Assembly: GCA_964187785.1 (NCBI GenBank)
Contig: OZ076409.1
Coordinates: 32,924,001-32,988,000 of the forward strand
Origin: Amphiscolops sp. MND2022
Taxonomy: Eukaryota
Direction of reading: 5' to 3'
Length of the DNA: 64,000 nt
Both the position numbers and the translations under genes were made by a program. The stretch's first letter is position 1; every line of letters begins with the position of its first letter. The notes under the pieces were generated by a model, which was not told the origin of the DNA, searched no databases, and worked only from the letters and a program-made list of their open reading frames with translations. Below, piece by piece: positions 45,980 to 57,672 of the stretch.

Positions 45980-48900
45980 TCAAACACAAAGTTCATCCAC
46001 TCTTGGATCCACCAAATGACTGACTCCTAGTGACTTTTGGACACTTCTGAACATCTTTCTGGGTACCTTTTGCAGGCTCATTAGCGGCACACTTTTTTGA
46101 AACACTTTTCTTCGCAGCTGATACGGACTTCTCTTTGCCAGATTTATCCTCCTTCCATTTCCCCAAAATAGCAGCAAGTCACGACTCAGCAGTTTCAGAG
46201 TCAGAACCAGATCTGGGCGAAGCAAGAGCAAATGAAGACATTGGCAACATAGCGGCACGAGGAGAATTGCAACTGGTAGAAGTACCAGAACCCCTGGAAT
46301 TCGAAAAGCGGACGTGTCGTGGTTCTCGATTTGCACTGTGCAGTTGTTTGGCAGCTTCACTCTTCCTATGACTCAAATAAGTATCGAAAGCCGCAGAGTA
46401 CGTCGCGACGAAAACAGAGCGATCACCACAAGACACACCTTCACACGGATCGAAAGTAGAGCACGACATAAATTCGCGACTACAGGCAATAGCGTCACGA
46501 ACACTTTACATTGTCACTCGTGTGAAGAATGCCCTCTGCTTGTAACACTGAGAGGACACAAGACTTTGGATGCCCCGCAGACACGACAACACAACGGAAG
46601 CAGGTACATAACAGTCTTTTAATCTCAATAACTGGTATCTTTTTCTGCGGCCGATCTACGACCAAACAACACACTTTCAAGACTTGAACCAGGCTCCTGC
46701 GCGACATAAAACTGTAGTTCGATAACAATAGGGCAATGACATCTTCAATTTCCTCTGCCCTGTCCAATTCGCGATGCCGGGTCCGAGCATCAACCACAAA
46801 AGTGGTGAACTCTTCAACACTAGCGCGAGCATCGGCACTAGACAGACAGCCACACCTTTCGAGCACACGAATCAAGCGGGAAAACAACCGGAAGACATGG
46901 TGATCGTCACCCTCGAAAAGCAATTCAGGACAGAAGCAGTAGAGTCCCTGGAAAAAATCAGAGGAAACACCCTGCTGGTTCAAAATGAGGTCCACTAAGC
47001 GATCTACAAACTCGCGACAACGGTTTCGGAACTCACAAGCCCCGCTGGTATTTGAAACATTGTAATTAATTTCCAAAATCGTGATTCGAGAGGAAATCAT
47101 CGGTGGAGATCTTTTCAAACGAATCCATTTCAGAAGGATCCATATACAACTAAAAATCGTTCAGCTGAGAAAGACCAGACAGGTTCCGACTTCGGACAGC
47201 AGACAATATACAAATTGGCACACTTCACTAGATGCATGGAAAAGATAATCGGCTCGACCAGACTTCTGCTTTTTGGAAGCGCAATGATCTAAACACAAAA
47301 GAAGGACTGCAACGAGTAACAAGACCATATCACATGGACGACAAGAGAGCGTCTCAAATGACCACATCATCCCATGCCATCAACTCAGACGTCACAATAA
47401 GCCAAAAATAAGAACATGAAAAAATAGAAAGTCAGAAACACAACTTATACAGATCAAGGACGTCGAGCAACATTCCCAAACGTAATTTGTTGGTCGTCTC
47501 CGAATGCACAAGAGAATCAGTACCTCGCATCTGGAACAACACACGCAAGATGACTACCTAACCGAACGATACGTTACAACAAACAGTGAGCAAACCACTG
47601 AAACCGAACTATACTCACCTTTTCAGATTCACACTTGATGTGACGAGGACCCGTGTAACGGACGTATTCGCGAACAGTTTCACAACTTGAAATGAGCTCA
47701 CCGACGACTCCACGAAGCTCTTCAAACGAAACTCTTCAAACGAAACTCTTCCAGTGATAACGCAATGACGAAGGTCTGGCAAGTCGTCCATCCGGGGCTG
47801 CTGCAAGGCCCCGCGAAGACGCAGCATCAAAAAATCCACCATAGTGGTGACTTCCAAGAGACCAAAGATTTCCTGATGAGCAATACGATAACAATGCAGG
47901 AATACTTCAGCCGTAAACTCTCGAGCATACACGAAACAATACCCGTCACTTCGTTCGTCGCTGAGCACCGGCTGCACTGACTGACTAATGCCACGAATAC
48001 TGACTGGCAGAAGAGAAGAAGGCAAACTGGTCACAACACGCGACAATGACGACAACTCTGGCTCTGGAATCCGTTGGCCGAGGGGTTCAACGTTCACACA
48101 AATCTCTAGCAGATCATTACCGTTCCACGTGCGCACAAAACAATTCTGCCCCTCTAGCTCCTCGAAACACACACTGTAGCAGCTGAAGGTAGTAATCCGC
48201 GAAAAGACAATCGTAGCACTCGGGGAAAATAAGGCACGGCAAATCAGCGACTAAAATACACACCCTTCGAATGCTTACACCATCAAACAACCAGATAAGG
48301 CAGAACAAAAGCGTACATAAAACACCATCACGATACAAGCTACTAACCAAAGTTTCTGGACGATTCCAATGAGGATTGTACAGGTGATTATCGGGCCCCA
48401 GGGTAGCGCGGAAGTTACCCCAGAGTTTACGAAGCAAGACGTAGCTGCTTCCCCACCTACACAACTCCGCAACACAATTTACCATGGTGAGAAGAGGAAC
48501 TGTTGAGTCGACACGAGTACAAGTGGACAGCAGGAGAACCTCGGGAAAACTGAACCCTTCGTCCTTCTCGACTGTTTCTTGGTTCATGTAACCATCACGT
48601 TGGTCAGGCGTCAATTCAAGTGCCTTCATCAATTGGTCGTAAACTGGCATAATGTGTTGAACTTTGTAAGCAACATCCCGCGACCAATGTCCTGTCAGCG
48701 CCATGATGCCGGGCAAACTCTCTTGATCCCCGTGACTGCATTGAAACATCACGCCAACATATCATACAATGGAAGCGCGACGATGATCCGTTACTGGCTC
48801 CACTGACGAACAATCTGAAGATCGGATGATCGCCCACCATGTCTCTTCGCAGATGATGCCGACTACTATATTTCTTTGGAGGTAAACCACACAATGCCGC

Positions 48901-50130
48901 AGCTTCCGAGCTGGTCTCCATACGGGACACGAGATCTTGCATACCTGCAATACGACACGACAACGGGTCACCACCAACAGGAAAACCCCAACAGCCTACT
49001 ATCATACGATCATCAAATGTGCAAAGCACAGAACACAACAATAATACTCACGGGATAGAACAGGGCCCACCGTGGCGCGAGCAACATCATCTGTTTCAGA
49101 GTCACTAAGTCCAGAAACTCCTTGCACAGCACAATCGGCAGAATCTACAAACCAAAGCAAATTAAACACACAATACCTTGTTCCACTCCCCTCCGGGAAC
49201 AGAAGAGAAAAAACAACAAAAGTTTGCTATTACCACTGACAGTCAGCTGGGCAACCTGCAAACTCGCCGTCTGGACGCGCAATTGACGTTTTTTCTTGCC
49301 AGAAGAACTCGGTTCAGGTTTTCCCAGGGCAGTTGACGCGACTATAACGTCAAAACAACATATCAACAACACCATACCCAGCTGATGAACAGGGGGATAA
49401 TGAGTCTATACAAGCAAAATTAGCTCTATTATTACCTCTCTTTTTTGACTGCGCCAACTCGGAACATGTCTTCCCAAAGCCAGGAATAAAGGAAGTGAAT
49501 CGAGGAGAGGAAACAGTCAGTCGAACAGTTTCTCCCGCTGGGTTCCTGCTTTCTGAAACTTTGTTCTCTCCAGTAGGGGGGATGCTGACTCACCTTCGTG
49601 AGCAGGACCAGACTCAACAGGGACATCATGAACAGACGAACCAACAAAGTGCTGCAACACTGATGCGTCAAGTCCCTCCTGCCTCGAAGGCGATGCAACA
49701 GGAGAACCAACACCAACAATGTCAGGAGGGAGAGACACCTCGGGGAGACACGCAGAATGGACGGGAGTGGTTGGCATAGTAACTGCAGGAGGATGTCCCC
49801 ATTCCAATTCAGGAAGACGAGGAGATGTCACTTTGGGCACTAAAAATCACATTCCCAACACCGACGCGTCAAGAAAATCTAAGCTGTGAAGATATAAACA
49901 TGGAAGAAGCCTCTCTGTGAAAGTATCATTCACAAAAGCTTAATGGATCTGGGAATAAAAAAAATTACCGGCCGCCCGCAAATAAAGGCCATCTCCGTCA
50001 CTCTGACGCACATCTCCTTCTGAGAACACGAACTGCGTCTCATGACCTCTCTGCGCTCCAGGATCAACCGATGGGGGAACAGCAGAGTGAGAATGTATCG
50101 AAGAACAGCAAAGAAATCTGAAAACAAAAG
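45980..50130 (-). pseudogene. Antisense multi-exon gene of element C, homologous to that of element B
   Basis: HHLRRDMVGDHPIFRLF...FHCMICWRDVSMQSRGSREFARH finger; C-terminal YCFCPELLFEGDDHHVFRLF...ASVEEF matches B's NCLSPDMVLQGDEQYTVSLF...ASNEF. Candidate introns 49879-49968, 49406-49435, 49342-49377, 49145-49176, 48945-49051 and 47558-47618. Confidence 0.68.
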
Positions 50131-50149
50131 CCGCAGATAAAGACAACAG

Positions 50150-50460
50150 CAGAAATGACGTCATCATCACGGTGACAAAACTTAAAGTTGGCCGATAACC
50201 AACGAAAATGTAGTCGGCATAACGTCGACAAAAAAGTTATCGAGATTAAAACATTAATCCTATTATCTATAATGACGTCATCATTACGGTGACAAAAATC
50301 AAAACTAGACGAAAGCTAGCGAAACTGACGACAGCATAACGTTGACAAAATTGGATAAGCGAGTTATTCAATTTGCAGCCAATGGAAATGCGACGTTGGC
50401 ATAACGTCAACACCTGAGGATTAAAAGGATTAAAAAGATTGATTAACCAATCAGAAAGGA
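50150..50460. promoter_or_regulatory. Candidate internal bidirectional promoter of element C
   Basis: Two TGACGTCA sites (50156-50163, 50273-50280) in an imperfect repeat of about 117 bp, plus two CCAAT boxes, lying between divergent ORFs. Confidence 0.45.
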
Positions 50461-50546
50461 AGGATTTATTCCAATATTCCCCCTAATCCTAAATATTCCT
50501 AAAATCATTGTGAAACAATCAACAGCATCAATCAGACGTCAAAGCA

Positions 50547-53500
50547 ACCCTGAAAAATGAACAGGCTGAAGAAAATTATTGAACTAATCGACATTTCGTC
50601 GGAGAGCGAAGAAGAAAGTGCCATAGAGAGCTTCCACCCCTCTTCCCAGAAACTCCCAAACTACAGAATCTCCCAGAAACTTACAGAATTATTTTGGAAA
50701 TTGCGAATTCGTCGGCTGAAGCTATTGCAGATGAAGAAGAGTACTTCGACGTTTCAGCAGATTCTCTAGAAATGAATTGCAAAAAGATGAGATTAAACTC
50801 AACGTTCGAGTCACTGGAGTCGGAGAACTACCTAGTACTTCCCCCGAAACAACGCACAATGAAATCAGAGAGAGCCTCGAGATCCCGGACCTGCTTACGG
50901 ACGAGGAGGAAGGGTTCGTGGTTGAGAGCCACAGAGTACCGAGCAACCCAGTCAAAAACAAGTTGTATGATAGCCGAATATCTGGAGCAGGTCCACAGGG
51001 AGGAAGTTGGAGCTTCTCTTTTCGAAACCCCTCCAGGCACACACCGGAGCATGGTTTCCGTCCTATAAGCACACTGAACGATCTTGAAAAAGAAGCCGAC
51101 ACTACAAGCGCAGCGAGCACCATAATGGAGATGCCCCCATTAACACTCATGCCCAATCTACCCGGGAGAAGTGATTTCCCCAGAGGAGTGGCCCTGACAC
51201 AACCCGTTCCTGCTTGGGATGCTCTTGCAGGCGAGTGGGGATCGGAAGAGGGCATGGTTGCAACCTGCGGTTCTCGAAATGGTAATAGAACATTAAACTA
51301 GTATTCATTACCAAAATAAACTGTGACTAAAAACGCAAAATATACGTCTACTCAACGGAATATTCAAACGAAGTTAGTTAGAAGACAAATAGACTAAAAT
51401 GATTTTTCACGCAATTCTGGTAAGACGTTTCAGCCACGTCAAAATAGTAACATTCGCCACCTGAAAACCAAATTGAAACACGTTATGAAATAAATAGATC
51501 ATAAGCTAATCTAAATGAAAACATATCCAAAATCATCTCTAAAATGAACATCAATCAGATCTAAAATAGAAAATACATTGAGATGGCACGCCGAGGAAAT
51601 TAGGCCATTTCTAAAAAAGAAAGCTTAATTACTCTTTGAACAGCAATTAGTGTGGTTTAGGACGATCATATTGCGTTAAGTAAACAAGGCGGCGGCAGAA
51701 ACAAGAATACATGTACATTTGTCGTCAGTAAGACGCAGATAAGATTTGAAGGCATACGGATTTACGTCTTTGCCTCGTCTTTGCCCACTAGAAAATCATT
51801 CCAATCAACCGCCTATACTAATGGCCTCATTAGAAATCATTCCAATTTTCCGCCAATATGACGTCACAGCAATGCTAGACAACTGATTTTCATTCCAAAT
51901 TTACGTCCACGCTACGTCCACTGCATTGGTAGACTAAGGCTAATACTAATACGTACGTCCACGTTACGTCCAAAATCCATCAAAATACCCGTTTTGATCC
52001 AACTAGAAAGATGAAGTAAACGCTGTTTTAATGGTTCAAGTTTGGGAATGTCGAGCAATCTCAGACTCAACCAAAATTGGGATAGAAAAAAAAGACATTT
52101 GAGATATCGTCTAATTGCCCTCAAATAAATCTCCAATTTAAATATTGTTATTGGGATTTTGTTTGAATGAAACTTTTCCGCATCATTTAAGATAGAAGTC
52201 ACAGTTTAATCCAAAGAAAACTTCATAAAAGTGTGTTTCGTGGTAACCTATGAAAGCTCTTGGCGCTATCTCACATAAACAAACGTCGGCTTGACGTCCT
52301 AAAGAATTTCAATGTTCTGATATTTTGAAAATGAAGCCATATTTTGATAATGATGTACTTGTATTGTAATTATATTTTACAATTTTACTTTATTTTGTAT
52401 ATACTACATTTTGTAATTATATCATTTTGATATGCCATTTTGATATCTAATGCTGTTCTGATTTTAACCAAGTATATTATCGCTTGGAATTGCTGTTAAC
52501 GTTCAATGTTCTGTCAAAGTTGACCCTGAAAAATGAACAGGCTGAAGAAAGTATATGAACTAATCGACATTTCGTCGGAGAGCGAAGAAGAAAGTGTCAT
52601 AGAGAGCTTCCACCCCTCTTCCCCGAAACTCCCAAACTACAGAATCTCCCAGAAACTTACAGAATTATTTTGGAAATTGCGAATTCGTCGGCTGAAGCTA
52701 CTGCAGATGAATAAGAGTACTTCGACGTTTCAGCAGATTCTCTAGAAATGAATTGCAAAAAGATGAGATTAAACTCAACGTTCGAGTCACCGGAGTCGGG
52801 AGAACTACCTAGAACTTCCCCTGAAACAACGCACAATGAAATCAGAGAGAGCCCCGAGATCCCCGACCAGCTGACGGACAATGAGGAAGGGTTCGTGGTT
52901 GAGAGCCACAGAGTACCGAGCTCCCAGTCAATAACAAGTTGTATGATAGCCGAATATCTGGAGCAGGTCCACAGGGAGGAAGATGGAGCTTCTCTTTTCG
53001 AAACCCCCCAGGCACCCCCAGGAAAATAGTTTTCCGTCCTATAAGCCCACTGAACGATCTTGAAAAAGAAGCCGACACTACAAGCGCAGCGAGCACCATA
53101 ATGGAGATGCCCCCATTAACAGTCATGCCCAATCTACCCGGGAGAAGTGATTTCCCCAGAGGAGTGGCCCTGTCACAACCCGCTCCCGGCTTGGGATGCT
53201 CTTGCAGGCGAGTGGGGATCGGAAGAGAGCATGGTTGCAACCTGAGGTTCTCGAAATGGTAATAGAACATTAAGCTAGTATTCATTAACAAAATAAACCG
53301 TGACTAAAAACGCAAAATATACGTCTACTCAACGGAATATTCAAACGAAGTTAGTTAGAAGACAAATAGACAAAAATGATTTTTCACGCAATTCCGGTAA
53401 GACGTTTCAGCCACGTCAAAATAGTAACATTCGCCACCTGAAAACCAAATTGGAACACGTTTTGAAATAAACAGATCATAAGCTAATCTAAATGAAAACA

Positions 53501-54437
53501 TATCCAAAATCATCTCTAAAATGAACATCAATCAGATCTAAAATAGGAAATACATTGAGATGACACGCCGAGGAAATTAGGTCATTTCTAAAAAAGACAG
53601 CTTATATACTCTTTGAACAGCAATTAGTGTGGTTTAGGACAATCATATTGCGTTAAGTAAACAAGACGACGGCAGAAACAAGAATACATGTACATTTGTC
53701 GTCAGTAAGACGCAGATAAGATTTGAAGGCATACGGATTTACGTCACCGCCTCGTCTATGCCCACTAGAGAATCATTCCAATCAACCGCCTATACTAATG
53801 GCCTCATTAGAAATCATTCCAATTTTCCGCCAAAATGACGTCACAGCAATGCTAGACAACTGATTTTCATTCCAAATTTACGTCCACGCTACGTCCACTG
53901 CATTGGTAGACTAAGGCTAATACTAATACGTACGTCCACGTTACGTCCAAAATCCATCAAAACAACCGTTTTGATCCAACTAGAATGATGGAGTAAACGC
54001 TGATTCAATGGTTCAAGTTTGGGAAGGTCATGCAACCTTAGATTCAATCAAAATTAGGATAGAAGAAAAGACATTTGAGATATCGTCTATCTGCCGTCAA
54101 ATAAATCTCCAATTTAAACATTGTTATTAGGATTTAGTTTGAATGAAACTTTTCCGCATCATTTAAGATAGAAGTCACAGTTTATTCCAAAGAACACTTC
54201 AGAAAAATGTATTTCGTGATAACCTGTTTAAGCTCGTGGCGCTATCTCATATGAACAAACGTCGGCTTGATGTCCTAAAGAATTTCAATGTTCTGATATT
54301 TTGAAAATGAAGCCATATTTTTATAATGATATACTTCTATCATTTTGATATGCCCTTATCTAATGCTGTTCTGATTTTAACCAAGTTTATTATCGTTTGG
54401 AATTGCTGTTAACGTTTGATGTTCTGTTAAAGTTGAC
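50547..54437. repeat. Tandem duplication of about 1.98 kb (sense ORF plus first part of the 3' LTR of element C)
   Basis: 50547-52522 is repeated from 52523. A partial LTR copy starts at 51195 (TGACAC). Confidence 0.93.
50557..51301 (+). pseudogene. Acidic S/E/P-rich sense ORF reading into the LTR, copy 1 (copy 2 at 52533-53270), frameshifted
   Basis: MNRLKKIIELIDISSESEEES...GVALTQPVPAWDALAGEWGSEEG, crossing the LTR boundary at 51195 and 53171. Confidence 0.55.
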
Positions 54438-55503
54438 TTAATTTGACGTTGTTAATACGTCTGACCATGTTTGTGCCTATTTAAAGTAGGGACTATGTGA
54501 GCTAATTTATTTAATTAAAGTACAATTAAGGGAAGTCTGATTCCCTTTTGTTCTCTTAGCATCATCAAATTGCCCAAATCAGGATAATTAGTCATAATTT
54601 CTCAAGTTGAAATTCAAAATCAGGTATTAGTTAGTCACGCCAGCGTCATCTCCGCGTCAATTTTCCTACGAACCAAAGAAGAAAAATAGGGAAACACTTC
54701 CGGTTTGACAGACTGAAGTAATATCTACTTCCTGCCTGGGAGGAAGCAAAAGGACGCCGGAATGAAATGATATGATCATGGTTGATGACTAATACTAGAT
54801 AAAAATTGTCGTGTCTTAAAATTTGACAAAATGTTGACGCAAATTTGGGGTAGTAATAATTTTTTCATCAATGAAACAGGAATCGACTAATTGTTCGAGG
54901 AAAATTAGGGATTTTAATCGTGATCAAATGATGCTGGAAGGGTATAAGTACAGTACAATTTGATGATTAAGGGACTCAGTCTTTCCTTATTGTAGAAACC
55001 AGTCCCTATCTAACGCGTTTGTCTCAATTTCAATCTTATTCAAGTCTCTTGTAAAAACCTCAAAAGCACGAGTTGAATTCAATCTGAATCAAATCTCTCT
55101 TCATCAAAATGTCGACTACAAGGAGCCAAAAGAGAAGAAACAATCAACAAGAGGCCATTGAAAGTGTAAGGTTTTGCTTCACCAGTTGTAGTGGAGAATT
55201 CTTGTCCTCTAGACCAGGACGTAAGCATGGCGGGACCATTCAGACCAAAATCCCCAAGAATTGAAGGTAGTCTCTTAGAAAACCTTAGAGCTTCTTTGAA
55301 AGAGGAAATTACTTCTGAGAATAAGAATCTCCTTGTAGAGTCTCAGAGGGAAATGCTAAGACTTCTTAAACCTGAAACAAGAGAAAATGTTAGGTAAAAC
55401 ACCGAAGAAGAAACAGAGAATGAAACTAGGGGCTTCTACACTCCTACAAAATCTGTTAGAATTAATTCTATCCTAAACAACGATACGAATGTAAGTCGTA
55501 CCA
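53171..55503 (+). repeat. 3' LTR of element C
   Basis: TGTCACAACC...GTCGTACCA, followed by the TSD CCAAC. Confidence 0.92.
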
Positions 55504-56254
55504 CCAACACCTCTACACTACCTTGCACTGAACGAGAGCCCGAAAATGTTTAACTGATGTTGCTCGAAAAACAACTGATTTGCGAAATTCAAGCCTGGTA
55601 AAAGGTTGATCATTCGCCGAAATTTGATCATTCGTCAGACCTCAAAACTCGACTCAAATTGAGCCTGTTTCATATGTCTTGAATTACTCCTCAAATGCAA
55701 AAAGTAACTCTGGTTTTCCAGAATAGATACCTTTACCAACTGTCAAAACAAACAAACAAAACGAAGAATGAATACTTTTATACGGGCACAACATTTTGGA
55801 AAGAACTTTACCCTCTCAGAACAACCTGTCGATAAACATGAATAATAAGAAAGTAACTTACGAAACGATAAAGCTTAAATTAAAGTCCTATTTCCAAAAT
55901 AAGTTCGAACCTGAACAAGACAGTGCAGAATTTGGAATGAAATGACTTCGTCTATATGAGCATCTGAGCTGTCCAATAGAAATTCTGCTTTGCTGAGCGA
56001 ATGAAAAAGGTCATTTCAAAATTTTCGCAATTCTGAGACGCACCTAAATGTTCAAGCTCAATCTGTTTTTGTCGGCACCTTTTCCCTAAAGGAAAAAAGC
56101 CCGACTATCACAGTGGGTAGTTTTCTTCAGCTGACAATCTCACTCTGAATGGTCCACTTTTCTTACAATTCTTACAATCTTACATTTTCTCAATTTCTTG
56201 CAATTCTTACTTAGCTTACGAAGTAGTATTTTTACATCATCTAAGAAACTCAAT

Positions 56255-56503
56255 GGGGCCAATGGGTACTCCCATAGAGTATTTTCGGCTCTGTGTACTT
56301 TTTTTTCGAAATTTTTTTTTCACCCAAGCGTTCCCTCTTCAATTTTTTGATATTTTCCGACAGAATGGATGTTGAAAAATCCCAAAGGGTCCCTATTTTT
56401 TTCATAAAAGGGTCCCCAATTCACCAATATCTTGACATTTTGAAGTCCTTTTGGTATTTTTGAGTCTTAGATATGGCGCCGACTTGGGCCGTTCCCGGCT
56501 TGT
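56255..56503 (+). repeat. Longer copy of the hairpin-ended short interspersed repeat
   Basis: Ends TTAGATATGGCGCCGACTTGGGCCGTTCCCGGCTTGTT, as at 14601. The left boundary is approximate. Confidence 0.6.
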
Positions 56504-57672
56504 TCTACTTTTTTAAGTATGATTGAGTTCTGATAGAAGTGAGATTTATCATTTCATGCCTGTTCTCTGATATAGCCGAATGAAGGAAGTGCTATTTTGT
56601 TCTTTCTGTTGTTCTCTCACAATCAATTTAAACTAATCAATCCTAATCATATGGTAACTTTTCCACGTCTCTAGTTTCCTCTACCCGTGTCAGAGTAAGC
56701 AGTAAATCAAGCCACATGTTAAGTCAGAAAAGGTAATTAAGTATTTTGAGAGGATGAAAACCTCAGGAGAAAATGTGATTAACTTTTCAATCTATCATCA
56801 ACTGTTGAAAGCGAGGGCCACGAAGTGTAGTACCCATGGTTGTACATTTGAAAACTAGCAACTAGATAACCTAAACAACTCTCAGATATCCAAGATCACG
56901 TGACTTTCCCTCAGACATGACAGCTCCATTGCCTTTTTCACTCAACCTTCCCTAGTCCTTTGTAGCACCTCTCCTCCCGCGGGCTGTCAATCACGTCAAC
57001 ATCCAAATCAGCAGATGTTCGTTCACACTTTCATTGTTTTTAAACATAATTAATTTTCTACTTACCAAGACAACAGCAGCTATATGCACTGGTAAATTTA
57101 TTTGAGACCTAATTTCTGATTATGCTTGTGTTAGCGTCAAATGCATTCCTATTGAATATCATGTAAATTCCATTCTTGCTATGTATGACCATGCATGGAT
57201 CATGCATGGATCATCCAAAGTCTTTGCGTCAGATCGTTTTTTTTCAGAAAACCAGTTTCAAAGAACATTAAAGATCAGGTATATCGAAGTTCGTGCGCAC
57301 CATAAAATAAGAAAACAGCTCATTAAAATTTCCAATGTCATGGATTTGTTTCAAGCGCAATTTATCACAGATTTTGGATTTCAATTTTTAGCGGTGTCAC
57401 TACAGATAAATTCCGGTGATATACCTGGAAATTTTTGATACGAATGTTGTTTCCGCTATATTTATTTTTATTGTCCAAAAGGTTTTCCCCTTTTTTGATT
57501 TCAGGGCTTTTCAGAGACGTTATAAATGGCGTATCTGGTCCGCTGTCCGATTCTATCACCATTGCTCGGATGGTGATCTGATAAATCGGCCGTGGTCCGA
57601 TCCCTCTGTTGCTTCGTTCCTGGTTGAAGATAGGTTTACTAATTATTTTCCTGGTATTTTTGGTTTGTAGAT

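Larger units (their letters stand above)
37819..55503 (+). mobile_element. Ty3/Gypsy element C, nested in the end of element B's 3' LTR
   Basis: LTRs 37819-40129 and 53171-55503; TSD CCAAC at 37814-37818 and 55504-55508; gag-pol clearly homologous to element B. Confidence 0.93.
20863..55509 (+). mobile_element. Ty3/Gypsy element B (body 20863-37818; terminal base displaced to 55509 by nested element C)
   Basis: Two LTRs, PBS, gag, PR-RT-RH-IN. TSD CCTCT at 20858-20862 and 55510-55514. Confidence 0.92.
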
